This document shows positions 50,845 through 60,500 of a stretch of DNA of 64,000 bases, one piece after another. Origin of the DNA: Clostridia bacterium (lineage in GTDB: Bacteria; Bacillota; Clostridia; TANB77; CAG-465); the NCBI GenBank assembly GCA_045536565.1, contig JAZSNU010000017.1, positions 34,141 through 98,140 of the forward strand, in the 5' to 3' direction. The first letter of the stretch is position 1. Each line of letters opens with the position of its first letter. The position numbers and the translations under genes are program-made. The notes under the pieces were generated by a model. That model was given only the letters and a program-made list of their open reading frames with translations, was not told the origin of the DNA and did no database searches.

Positions 50845-50860
50845 TATTATATAATTATAT

Positions 50861-50895
50861 AAACTAGAATTACAGTTTGTTTAATTCTAGTTTTT
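50861..50895 (+). terminator. Intrinsic terminator after toxin
   Basis: AAACTAGAATTA/TAATTCTAGTTT plus T tract. Confidence 0.75.
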
Positions 50896-50961
50896 CTATT
50901 GCAATTTTTTTGCTATATGATATAATACAAATATTAAAAAATGGAAAATGGAGGAATTTAA

Positions 50962-52158
50962 ATGAAAGTTTTAGTAATTAATTGTGGTAGTTCATCTTTA
51001 AAATATCAAATTATAGATATGACTGATGAATCTGTTATTGCAAAGGGAAAATGCGATAAAATAAATCTAGATGGATCTTTTATTCAATATAAATGTCCAG
51101 CTAAAAATGTAAGTTTTGAAAAAGAAGTTCCTATGAAAAATCATAGCGAAGCAATAAAAGTACTAATTGCTGAACTTACTAACGAAGAATATGGGGCAGT
51201 TAAAGATGTAAGTGAAATATCAGCAGTAGGTCATAGACTAGTACATGGTGGAGAATTATTCTCTGAGTCTGTTATAATAACAGAAGAAGTTATTGCAGCA
51301 GTTGAAAGTTGTAATGATTTAGCACCATTACACAATCCTGCAAATATTGTTGGAGTAAGAGCATGTCAAGAACTTATGCCAAATGTTCCAATGGTAGCAG
51401 TATTTGATACAGCATTCCATCAAACAATGCCGAAAGAAGCATATTTATATGGTCTTCCATATGAATACTATGAAAAATATAAAGTAAGAAGATATGGATT
51501 CCACGGAACATCTCATAGATATGTTACTTTAAGAGCAGCAGAAATATTAGGTAAAAAACCAGAAGAGTTAAACATAGTATCTTGTCACTTAGGAAATGGT
51601 GCAAGTATTTGTGCTATTAAAAACGGTAAATCAATAGATACTTCTATGGGTCTTACACCACTTGAAGGTCTAACAATGGGAACAAGAAGTGGAGATATAG
51701 ATCCAGCAATAATTAAATTCATTATGGATCATGAAGGATTAGATATAAATCAAATGAATGATGTTATAAACAAAAAATCTGGTCTTTTAGGTATATCTGG
51801 AACTACAAGTGATGTAAGAGACTTAAAAGAAATTAGAGATAACGGTGACGAAATGGCAGCATTAGCAATAAGAATATTTGCATATAGAGCTAGAAAATAT
51901 ATCGGAAGTTATTTAGCAGCCTTAGGTCATGTTGATTTAATAACATTTGAAGGTGGTATTGGAGAATTTAACCAAGATGTAGTTGCAATGATAGTTAGAG
52001 ATTTAGAAGATTTAGGAATTAAATATGACGAATCTAAAATAGATACTTTTGGTAAAGAAGAAGTTATCTCAACACCTGATTCAAAAATAAAAATGATGGT
52101 AATACCAACAAACGAAGAGTTAATGATCGCAAGAGATGCAGTAGCATTAATAAAATAA
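50962..52158 (+). CDS. ackA: Acetate kinase
   Basis: INCGSSSLK, GHRLVHGG, DTAFH and YGFHGTSH motifs. Confidence 0.97.
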   Translation: MKVLVINCGSSSLKYQIIDMTDESVIAKGKCDKINLDGSFIQYKCPAKNVSFEKEVPMKNHSEAIKVLIAELTNEEYGAVKDVSEISAVGHRLVHGGELFSESVIITEEVIAAVESCNDLAPLHNPANIVGVRACQELMPNVPMVAVFDTAFHQTMPKEAYLYGLPYEYYEKYKVRRYGFHGTSHRYVTLRAAEILGKKPEELNIVSCHLGNGASICAIKNGKSIDTSMGLTPLEGLTMGTRSGDIDPAIIKFIMDHEGLDINQMNDVINKKSGLLGISGTTSDVRDLKEIRDNGDEMAALAIRIFAYRARKYIGSYLAALGHVDLITFEGGIGEFNQDVVAMIVRDLEDLGIKYDESKIDTFGKEEVISTPDSKIKMMVIPTNEELMIARDAVALIK

Positions 52159-52295
52159 ATAATAATAAAATAGAACACAAGCAAAATAGTTGCTTGTGTT
52201 CGTTTGTTTTTATACTTGCTTTTTTTATTTATTGTGATATAATATTTATGTTAACAAGATTAAACTTTAATTTAATAATAAAAGGAGGACTTCTA

Positions 52296-53096
52296 ATGAA
52301 AAAATTATTTATTGTTTTATCCCTTGTTTTGCTAATGGTATCTATTACTGGTTGTAGTGGTGCAAATGAAAATGCTAATATTAACTATAACAATTACCCC
52401 GGTAAAGTAATTGTTAATAATTCTTCTGAAAACATTTCAAATGAAGAAGAGAAAACGGATACCACAACAGAAGATATTCATGAGGAAATAAAGGAAGAAG
52501 TAAAAGAAGAGATAAAAGAAGAGATAAAAGAAGAAAAAGAAACTATTAATGTAGAAAAAGAGTTAGATGATGCTAATCAGCCAGTTATTGAACATGCTGT
52601 AACCAAAGCGCAAGATGTAGCAAACATTACAAATAAAATACTAATTGCCACTAACAGTACAACTTTTGATCCTAATTTAGTAGATAGATCAACAAATGTA
52701 AGGCTTGCAGCAAGTCATATAAACGGGGTAATATTAAAACCAGACGAAGAGTTTTCTTTTAATAATATAGTTGGAAAAAGAACTGCTGAAAGAGGATTTA
52801 AATATGCTGATATATTTTCTGGCAAGACTGTTGTAAAAGGACTTGGTGGAGGTATATGTCAAACATCATCAACAATTTGTGGAGCGGTACGACAAACAGA
52901 TATGAAAATACTTGAACAAAATCCGCATAGTATGAGAGTTAAATATACTACATATGAAAATGAGGCTATGATAAGTTATGGATCAAGTGATTTTAGATTT
53001 GTTAATACAAATGATTTTTCTATATTAATTGAATTTTCTTTTGAAACTATAAATGATGGAGAGGTCATCAAATGTGACATCTATCGTTTAGATTAG
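52296..53096 (+). CDS. VanW-domain lipoprotein
   Basis: Lipobox ITGC; FSFN..VG.RT and GGGICQ.SST motifs; AAGGAGG RBS. Confidence 0.85.
   Translation: MKKLFIVLSLVLLMVSITGCSGANENANINYNNYPGKVIVNNSSENISNEEEKTDTTTEDIHEEIKEEVKEEIKEEIKEEKETINVEKELDDANQPVIEHAVTKAQDVANITNKILIATNSTTFDPNLVDRSTNVRLAASHINGVILKPDEEFSFNNIVGKRTAERGFKYADIFSGKTVVKGLGGGICQTSSTICGAVRQTDMKILEQNPHSMRVKYTTYENEAMISYGSSDFRFVNTNDFSILIEFSFETINDGEVIKCDIYRLD
52482..52538 (+). repeat. Imperfect 12-nt coding tandem repeat (EEIK)n
   Basis: GAGGAAATAAAG GAAGAAGTAAAA GAAGAGATAAAA GAAGAGATAAAA. Confidence 0.7.
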
Positions 53097-53232
53097 TGAA
53101 TATGTGAGCCTGTTTTATTACATGCTCACTTTTTCTTGAAAATATTGTAAAAATATTTATATAAATATAGATATTTAAAAAAAGTATGATATAATATTAA
53201 AGTAGAAATAAGGGGTATATAGGAGGATTATT

Positions 53233-53784
53233 ATGAAAGGTGTAAATAAATTTTTAGCGGTTATATTTTCAATAATTATAGTTATGATTTGTTTAAATTT
53301 AATATTATTTGTAGGAGATATGGTTAAGGAAGAACATATTAAAAGTTTCTTGGACATGCTTGTTGCAAGTAAAGAAGCAAAACTAACAACAATAATTGTA
53401 TCAGCTGTTGTTGGACTTTTAGCAATAGTATTTGGAGTATCAATTGAAGGTTCTGATAAAACATCAGGAGGAAGTTTAACACTTCCGCTTAAAACAGGTA
53501 ACATTAGTATAAGTGGACAAACTTTCGAGTCAATTGTGCTAAATGTAGCGAAAAAATATAATAGTTTAAAAAATGTTAAAGCAAATGTTGACATTAGAGA
53601 AGACGGATTATATGTTGACTTATTTGTTTATGTACTTGCTGGAACAGTAGTTTCAGATGTCATTTGTAAAGTTCAAGAAGATGTTAAGGCAACGGTACTA
53701 AAACAAACAACAGTAGAAGTCAAAGCAGTAGAAGTTAAAGTTAAAGGAATATATAATCAAGCAGAGCCTAAATTTGAAGACTAG
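53233..53784 (+). CDS. amaP: Alkaline shock response membrane anchor AmaP
   Basis: Two TM segments plus Asp23-like C-terminal domain; upstream of nusB. Confidence 0.75.
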   Translation: MKGVNKFLAVIFSIIIVMICLNLILFVGDMVKEEHIKSFLDMLVASKEAKLTTIIVSAVVGLLAIVFGVSIEGSDKTSGGSLTLPLKTGNISISGQTFESIVLNVAKKYNSLKNVKANVDIREDGLYVDLFVYVLAGTVVSDVICKVQEDVKATVLKQTTVEVKAVEVKVKGIYNQAEPKFED

Positions 53785-53786
53785 GG

Positions 53787-54047
53787 GTGAATTATTTGAA
53801 GAAGAATAGTTTTATAGATTTTATTATAAAAAATAAATATATAATTTTATTTGTAACAATTGTATTAATTCTTTCATGGTTAGGTATAATTCGTGCCTTA
53901 ATTGAAATAGGATTTACAGTATTTCTAATCCTTCTTGCTATATATGTAGGTAAAAGAATTCAAGAAGATGACGAATATATTAAGAGAATGTTTAAAGATA
54001 AAGAAGAAGTTATATATAAAGTAAAAGATGATGAAGAAGATAATTAG
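53787..54047 (+). CDS. Small membrane protein (DUF2273-like by position)
   Basis: Hydrophobic ORF between amaP and nusB. Confidence 0.6.
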   Translation: MNYLKKNSFIDFIIKNKYIILFVTIVLILSWLGIIRALIEIGFTVFLILLAIYVGKRIQEDDEYIKRMFKDKEEVIYKVKDDEEDN

Positions 54048-54061
54048 AATGGAGAATAGTA

Positions 54062-54481
54062 ATGAGTAGACACAAAGCAAGAGAAATAAGTTTTAAATAT
54101 ATATACCAAATAGCATTCGGTCAACCACTTATAGTTGAAGACGATGGTTTTTGGGATATGGCGTTAGAAGAAGATGTTAATTTAACAGAAGAAGATAAAA
54201 CATTTATAGAGGGCGTTGTAAATGGTGTAAAAGAAAACTTAGAGGAAATTGATAAAGTTATTTTTTCTAAAATTGAAAAAAGATCAATGGACAGAGTTTT
54301 CAAAATAGATTTAGCTATACTTAGAATAGCTGTATATGAATTAATGTTTGTCAAAGATTTATCATATAAAGTAGTTGCAAACGAGGCAGTAGAAATAGCT
54401 AAAAAATATGGTAAAGATAATTCTCATTCATTTATAAATGGAATATTAAGAGAAGTGATAAAAGAAAAGGTGGAAGAATAA
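54062..54481 (+). CDS. nusB: Transcription antitermination factor NusB
   Basis: SRHKARE, IDLAILR..YE, NEAVEIAK.YG and FINGIL motifs. Confidence 0.95.
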   Translation: MSRHKAREISFKYIYQIAFGQPLIVEDDGFWDMALEEDVNLTEEDKTFIEGVVNGVKENLEEIDKVIFSKIEKRSMDRVFKIDLAILRIAVYELMFVKDLSYKVVANEAVEIAKKYGKDNSHSFINGILREVIKEKVEE

Positions 54482-54482
54482 T

Positions 54483-55676
54483 TTGGAGAAAGTATATAGT
54501 GTTTCTAATGTAAACAAGTATATAAAAATGATGTTTGACAAAGATCCAGTATTAATGGATATTGCTATAAAAGGTGAAATAACCAATTTTAAAGCCCATT
54601 ATACTGGGCATTTGTATTTTACTCTAAAAGACAGTAGCTCTACTATAAAATGTGTAATGTTTAAAGGATATGCAGGGCTTAATAAATTTAATCCAAAAGA
54701 CGGAGATAGCGTAATAATTACAGGAAGTATAAGCTCATTTGAAAGAGATGGAGTATACCAAGTATATGTTAAAAGCATGTCACTAGATGGTTTAGGTGAT
54801 TTATATTTAAAATATGAGCAGTTAAAACAAAAATTAAAACAAGAAGGATTGTTTAATCCTGAATATAAAAAGAAAATACCATTTTTACCAGATAGAGTAG
54901 GAGTAATAACTTCTAAAACTGGTGCTGTAATAAGAGATATAATAAATGTATCGACAAGAAGATATAATAATGTTAACTTACTTGTATATCCAGCAGCAGT
55001 TCAAGGAGTAAACACAGCAGAAACAGTTATTAAAGGGATTGAAACTTTTAATAATATGGAAAAGAAAGTCGATGTTATAATAATAGCAAGAGGTGGAGGT
55101 TCATTTGAGGATTTATTTGGGTTTAATGATGAAAATTTAGCAAGAGCCATATTTAAATCTGAAATACCAATAGTATCTGCGGTAGGACACGAAACAGATT
55201 TTACTATATGTGATTTTGTAAGCGATTTAAGAGCACCAACTCCTTCGGCAGCAGCAGAACTTGTATATCCTTCAAAAATTGATATATTGTCTAACATAAA
55301 CAATTTAAAGATTAGATTAAATACTTCTATTCAAAATATGATTGATAGAAGAAAACAATTTGTTAAGAATATAAGTGCACAAAGATTAATGAAAACACCA
55401 CAAAATATCATACAAAAGTATACAATGATTATAGATTCCTACATAAAATCTATGGAAAATAGAGTTAAGATAAAACTTGATACTAGCGTAAAAGAATACA
55501 CCAAATATGTTGCTTTGCTTGATTCGTTTAGTCCATTAAAAACACTTTCAAGAGGATATAGTGTTGTAACTAGCGAAAATACCTCAAAGGTTATAAAAAA
55601 TACAGGTGATGTATCAAGTGGTGATTTAATCAGCGTGCAATTGGAAGATGGAAAAATAAAGGCAGAGGTCATATAA
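54483..55676 (+). CDS. xseA: Exodeoxyribonuclease VII large subunit
   Basis: GHLYFTLKD, ARGGGS.EDL, GHETD and APTPSAAA motifs. Confidence 0.96.
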   Translation: MEKVYSVSNVNKYIKMMFDKDPVLMDIAIKGEITNFKAHYTGHLYFTLKDSSSTIKCVMFKGYAGLNKFNPKDGDSVIITGSISSFERDGVYQVYVKSMSLDGLGDLYLKYEQLKQKLKQEGLFNPEYKKKIPFLPDRVGVITSKTGAVIRDIINVSTRRYNNVNLLVYPAAVQGVNTAETVIKGIETFNNMEKKVDVIIIARGGGSFEDLFGFNDENLARAIFKSEIPIVSAVGHETDFTICDFVSDLRAPTPSAAAELVYPSKIDILSNINNLKIRLNTSIQNMIDRRKQFVKNISAQRLMKTPQNIIQKYTMIIDSYIKSMENRVKIKLDTSVKEYTKYVALLDSFSPLKTLSRGYSVVTSENTSKVIKNTGDVSSGDLISVQLEDGKIKAEVI

Positions 55677-55701
55677 ATAATTAGAAAGGTGGTTTATTAA
55701 G

Positions 55702-55917
55702 GTGGAAAATAAAAAAACATTTGAAGAGAATTTGAAAGAGTTAGAAGGCATAGTTTTTGAACTTGAAAAAGGAGAGTTAGGTTTAGAAGATGCAATATCA
55801 AAATTTGAAAAAGGTATTGCTGTTTCAAAAGAGTGTTCAAATAAATTAGATGAAGCGGAAAAAAGAATAAATATATTACTTGACGGAGAAGAAAAAGAGT
55901 TTACAGCGGAAGAATAA
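55702..55917 (+). CDS. xseB: Exodeoxyribonuclease VII small subunit
   Basis: TFEENLKELE...LE.GELGLE; follows xseA. Confidence 0.94.
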   Translation: MENKKTFEENLKELEGIVFELEKGELGLEDAISKFEKGIAVSKECSNKLDEAEKRINILLDGEEKEFTAEE

Positions 55918-55958
55918 ATTATATATTAAATCACCATAATAATCGTGGTGATTTTTTT
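55912..55958 (+). promoter_or_regulatory. Putative SigG promoter overlapping a terminator-like hairpin
   Basis: GAATA-18-CATAATA; AAATCACCA/TGGTGATTT stem containing the GGTGA RBS. Confidence 0.55.
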
Positions 55959-56156
55959 ATGGGAAAAAATAACAAGTTTAATAAAAAAGAACAGAAAAAT
56001 AGACTTCATGAAAAAGATATAAATAAACTAAACGATAACAATAATATTGATCCGTATGGATATGATTTTGTTCCTACCATTTCTCATTGGACTAATATTG
56101 ACGAACAAAGAAAACAAGTAGAATATTTAGAAAATATATCGAAAAACCACGAATAA
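55959..56156 (+). CDS. Small hypothetical protein, possibly forespore-expressed
   Basis: 65-aa ORF with GGTGA RBS and SigG-like promoter. Confidence 0.55.
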   Translation: MGKNNKFNKKEQKNRLHEKDINKLNDNNNIDPYGYDFVPTISHWTNIDEQRKQVEYLENISKNHE

Positions 56157-56255
56157 CTGGAAATGGAGTTAAATAATTGACATAATAACAATAAAATGTT
56201 ATAATAATAATGTTATTTTTCAAAATCTAAAAAAATTTTTAAGGAGGTATGGCAC

Positions 56256-57077
56256 ATGAAAAAATTTTTAGTGTCTAACAAAGTAGTATTAAAAAAACAT
56301 TTTAATATTGGTATTATGCCTGGGAAATTTGACACAAAACAGTTAATATTAAGCACTATTGCAATTTTAAAACATGAATCGTATGACAACATTGTTTATT
56401 TTATCAGAACAACCAATCCAGAAGAACTTTCAAAATGTCAGTTGTTTATTAATGATGATTTCACAACACTATTTCCTGTTATTCCATCATATCACGATGT
56501 TGCTAAACAGTGGGTAGAAAATAGTCCTGAAATTCTTAATAAATACGGAGTATATGATGAAGAAAGTTTGAAAGTTGTTACAGAATCAGTAGAAGAAAAA
56601 ATTTCCAACTTCGAAGTTCTTGATTGCTTAATGGATTTATATTCTTCAACATATTCGGAGTTTTCAGAAGATAGTTTTCAAAAAGCACTCAAAATTACAT
56701 ACGAGTTAGTTGAAAAGGCAATTATGGATTCTGTAAATGAGAGAATATATTCTCAAACAGTAATCGCCTATATTGAAAAGGCAGATACCAACTATATTAC
56801 ACCACCTATATATGTTCAGGGATGGAGAAATATAGTAAAGTGTCACCCAAAAGGAAAAAACATTATGTATGCAGTTTTTCCTGATGACAGAAGGGAAGGA
56901 ACATTAGTAATAGAAGCGTTTGATAAAAGTATTATCATGAAAAAACATGTTAAAGGAATGCCTGGTATTAGTTACTCTGGTAGATTTTTTATAAAAGTAA
57001 ATAATATGGAAACAGCTTTTAAAGTTATTGATAGACTTCCTAAAAACATAATTGATAAAGCAAAAAAATATGCATAA
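56256..57077 (+). CDS. Divergent MYG1-like protein
   Basis: 'PGKFD...IAIL', 'IRTTNPEEL', 'YAVFPD' and C-terminal 'F...NNMETA' resemble the MYG1 layout. Confidence 0.5.
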   Translation: MKKFLVSNKVVLKKHFNIGIMPGKFDTKQLILSTIAILKHESYDNIVYFIRTTNPEELSKCQLFINDDFTTLFPVIPSYHDVAKQWVENSPEILNKYGVYDEESLKVVTESVEEKISNFEVLDCLMDLYSSTYSEFSEDSFQKALKITYELVEKAIMDSVNERIYSQTVIAYIEKADTNYITPPIYVQGWRNIVKCHPKGKNIMYAVFPDDRREGTLVIEAFDKSIIMKKHVKGMPGISYSGRFFIKVNNMETAFKVIDRLPKNIIDKAKKYA

Positions 57078-57081
57078 TATT

Positions 57082-57116
57082 AAAAACACGATAGGTTATA
57101 TACTTATCGTGTTTTT
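57082..57116. terminator. Bidirectional terminator
   Basis: AAAAACACGATA/TATCGTGTTTTT inverted repeat. Confidence 0.8.
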
Positions 57117-57134
57117 ATCTATATAATTTGACTT

Positions 57135-57422
57135 TTAAAAATTAACATATTCTATCAGATTATATTTAAATATATAATAGATAGTTATGACATTTAATAT
57201 AAATAACACCGGAATCATGACTGTAAAGTTTATATGTTTTGTTTTATGTCTAAAAGCATACATACCACAATATACACCTATACTACCATACATTAAAGAG
57301 ATTATAAAGAAGGTTTTTTCGCTAATCCTATATTTGTTTTTAATTGCATAATTTTTATCTAATTTCATAAGAATAAATCCTAATAAATTTACAAATATTA
57401 CATATAATATAAAATATAACAT
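57135..57422 (-). CDS. DUF1294 membrane protein
   Basis: 'DK..A....RISE', 'GS.G...GM..FRHKTKH..F' motifs. Confidence 0.9.
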   Translation of the reverse strand: MLYFILYVIFVNLLGFILMKLDKNYAIKNKYRISEKTFFIISLMYGSIGVYCGMYAFRHKTKHINFTVMIPVLFILNVITIYYIFKYNLIEYVNF

Positions 57423-57567
57423 TATACCACCAAAACCTATTATATAATATATTTTTTAAAAAGCAATATTACACAAAAAACATCAAAAAATAACATATTA
57501 TTATGTAGTCATTTTATTGAATTATTTTTACATATATTATATAATTTTCATATATTAGGGGGAAGTT

Positions 57568-60500
57568 ATGCAAGATTATATTTTACCAATATATTTGGAA
57601 ACTAAAAGAAATTATAGAACAATAAAACTTACACATGATTTGCTTAACTCAACAGCAGTACTTAAAATTCCTGTACATTCAGCAGGACAATGGATTTTAG
57701 ATAATATGTATATAGTTGAGCAAGAATATGTTGTAGCACTTGAAGATTTAAAAAATATTAAAGAAGAAAGTTTGCCTTATGTTAAACCAGAAGATATGAA
57801 TAGACAACTTAGAGTATATTTTATGGCAAATGAAATAGTAGAAAAAAATAGTGGAATAATAACGGATGGAATAGTTAGTAATTATGTAAGAGAATTTCAA
57901 AAACATTCGTACATTACATTTACCGAGTTATCGTTATTACCACTTATGCTTAGATGTGCTTTGATAAAGTTTATAAAAAAAGTAAGTGTTAATATATTTA
58001 ATTCTGAGATGCAAAAATTAAAGGTTGAAAAAAGAGTTAACAAATCTATATCGGATAATGCTAAAAGTATAGCAAACCGTATGGACAAGTTAGCAACAAA
58101 GTTAAAACTAGATTTAAACCAATCAAATGGTATTAAAACTAGCAATACTGCGTACATTGAGTATATGGCATTTAAGCTTAAAGATATGGGAAGACATGGT
58201 GAAAGGTACTTTAACGAATTAAAAGAAGAAACTAATAAAATTGGCTTTACATTAGATGAAGCAATTGAGAAAGAACATAATGAAATTACTACTACAACTA
58301 GACTTATAGGCAACGGTATAGTATCGTTAAAAACAGTAGCAAGCACAAATTGGAGCGAGGTAGTAGTTGCTATTAATAAAATAGATCAAACACTTAAAGA
58401 AGACTTTACAGGAGAATATGCAAAATGCGATTACAAAACTAAAAATAGATATAGAAGAAATGTAGTTAAGCTTGCTAAGAAATATAAATTGTCTGAAATG
58501 TATGTTGCAAAAAAAGCAGTTGAATGCTCAGAAGAATATGAGAAACATGTGGGTCACTTTTTAATTGGAAAAGATAAAAAGTTCTTAATAAGAAGTATGG
58601 GTAAAAGTGCAGCAGGGCTTGTTTTTAAAGAAAAGGTTATAAATCCATTAAGACCTGCCATATTTATTTTATTATTAAATGTACTAGCTTTTATACTTGC
58701 ATATATAATTGACTATTATTTTATAAATCATTATGCTATGGAATTCAGAATAATAATTGGTATTATTTCATTTATATTAGGTCTTGAAATAGCAGATAAA
58801 ATAATATCATATTTTGTTGGAAAATTTGTAAGACCTAAAATACTTCCAAGATTTAATTTTGCTAAGACTATTGATGAAGCTTGTAGCACAATAATTGCAA
58901 TGCCAAGTGTTATTAATTCAAAAGAAAAACTTGATAAAATGATAGAAAAAATGGAAGTTACATATTTGGCCAATAGGTCGGAAAATATGTACTATATGTT
59001 ACTAGGAGATTGTGTATCTAACAAAAAAACAAAACATATAGCATTAGATGATGAAATAGTTAAGTATGGAAAAGAAAAAATAGATGAATTAAATAGCAAA
59101 TATCCATCAGAGCATAAACTATTTAACTTTTTATATAGAAAAAGAGTATATAGTGACTGTGAAGAAATATATATGGGATGGGAAAGAAAAAGAGGTGCAT
59201 TAGGGCATTTAAATAAATTATTACTTGGAAAACTTTCGGAAAAAGAAATTGAGAAATATATGTATCTAGCACATGATGATATTCCGCAAGTTAAATATTT
59301 AATAACTGTTGATGAGGATACAACATTATCGCTAAATTCTGCTAAGGAACTAGTTGCTATTATTTCACATCCATTAAATAAGCCAATACTTTCAAAAGAC
59401 GGAAGGAGAGTTATATCTGGATATGGATTAATACAACCAGCAGTAGGGCTTGATATAGAATCTGCAAATAGAAGTATATTTTCAAAGGTTTTCGGTGGCT
59501 TTGGAGGCCTAGATATTTATACTAATGCTATTTCTAATTTATATCAAGATGTATTTAAAGAAGCAATATTTACTGGTAAAGGTATTTATGATATAGAGCT
59601 ATTTGAACAACTTCTTGGTGATACAATGCCTGAAAACTTAATACTTAGTCATGACTTGCTAGAAGGAAGTTACATGAGAACTGGACTTGCATCTGATGTT
59701 GAAGTTCAAGATGGTTTTCCTCACAACTTTATAGCATATATGAAAAGAAACCATAGATGGTACAGAGGTGATATGCAAATCATTAGGTGGTTATTTAGTC
59801 CTAATAGTCCTTTGAATTTGTTATCTAAATGGAAAATATTAGATAATTTAAGAAGAGAATCACTATATGTATTTGCATTACTTCTATTAATAGTTACAAT
59901 GTTTATACCAGGAACAAGCTTTGTATATGCATGTATATTTGTATTTACTGTTTTGAATTTTGGACATATTTTATCTATTATAGATAATTTAATATGGGGT
60001 AAAAATGCTGAAAGAAAACAAAAACAATACATACCAGTTATATATGGTATAAGAGCAAATTTACTTAAAATGGTGTTTAATTTCATTACATTACCATATG
60101 CTGCTTGGACTACGATAAGTGCGCATGCCACATCTTTATACAGAATGTTTATTTCTAAAAAGCATCTTTTAGAATGGGCAACAGCAGAGTCGATTGAAAA
60201 GGGTGCAAAAGAGAAAATTTCATATGTATATAAAAATATGTGGGCAAATACTGTATTTGGAATCATTTTAATTATATATTCCTTAATAAATGATTTTGTG
60301 TTTGTTAAAGAAAATTCCACATTATTATTTGGAGTATTCTTCTTAATAGCACCTTTAGCAGGCTATATAATGAGTAAAAGATACTTGTTTAAACCTGAAA
60401 AAGAACTTACGGATAAAGAAGATAAAGAAGTTAAACAAATAGCATATGATACATGGAAATTCTTCGAAACTACTATGACACCAATAAACAACTATTTAGC

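Noticed and set aside
49052-53096. Vancomycin resistance cluster (ddl plus VanW)
   Set aside because: ddl sits in a normal murF-ddl pair with a Tyr-containing omega loop (FYSYESKY); no vanH/X/R/S; VanW domains are widespread
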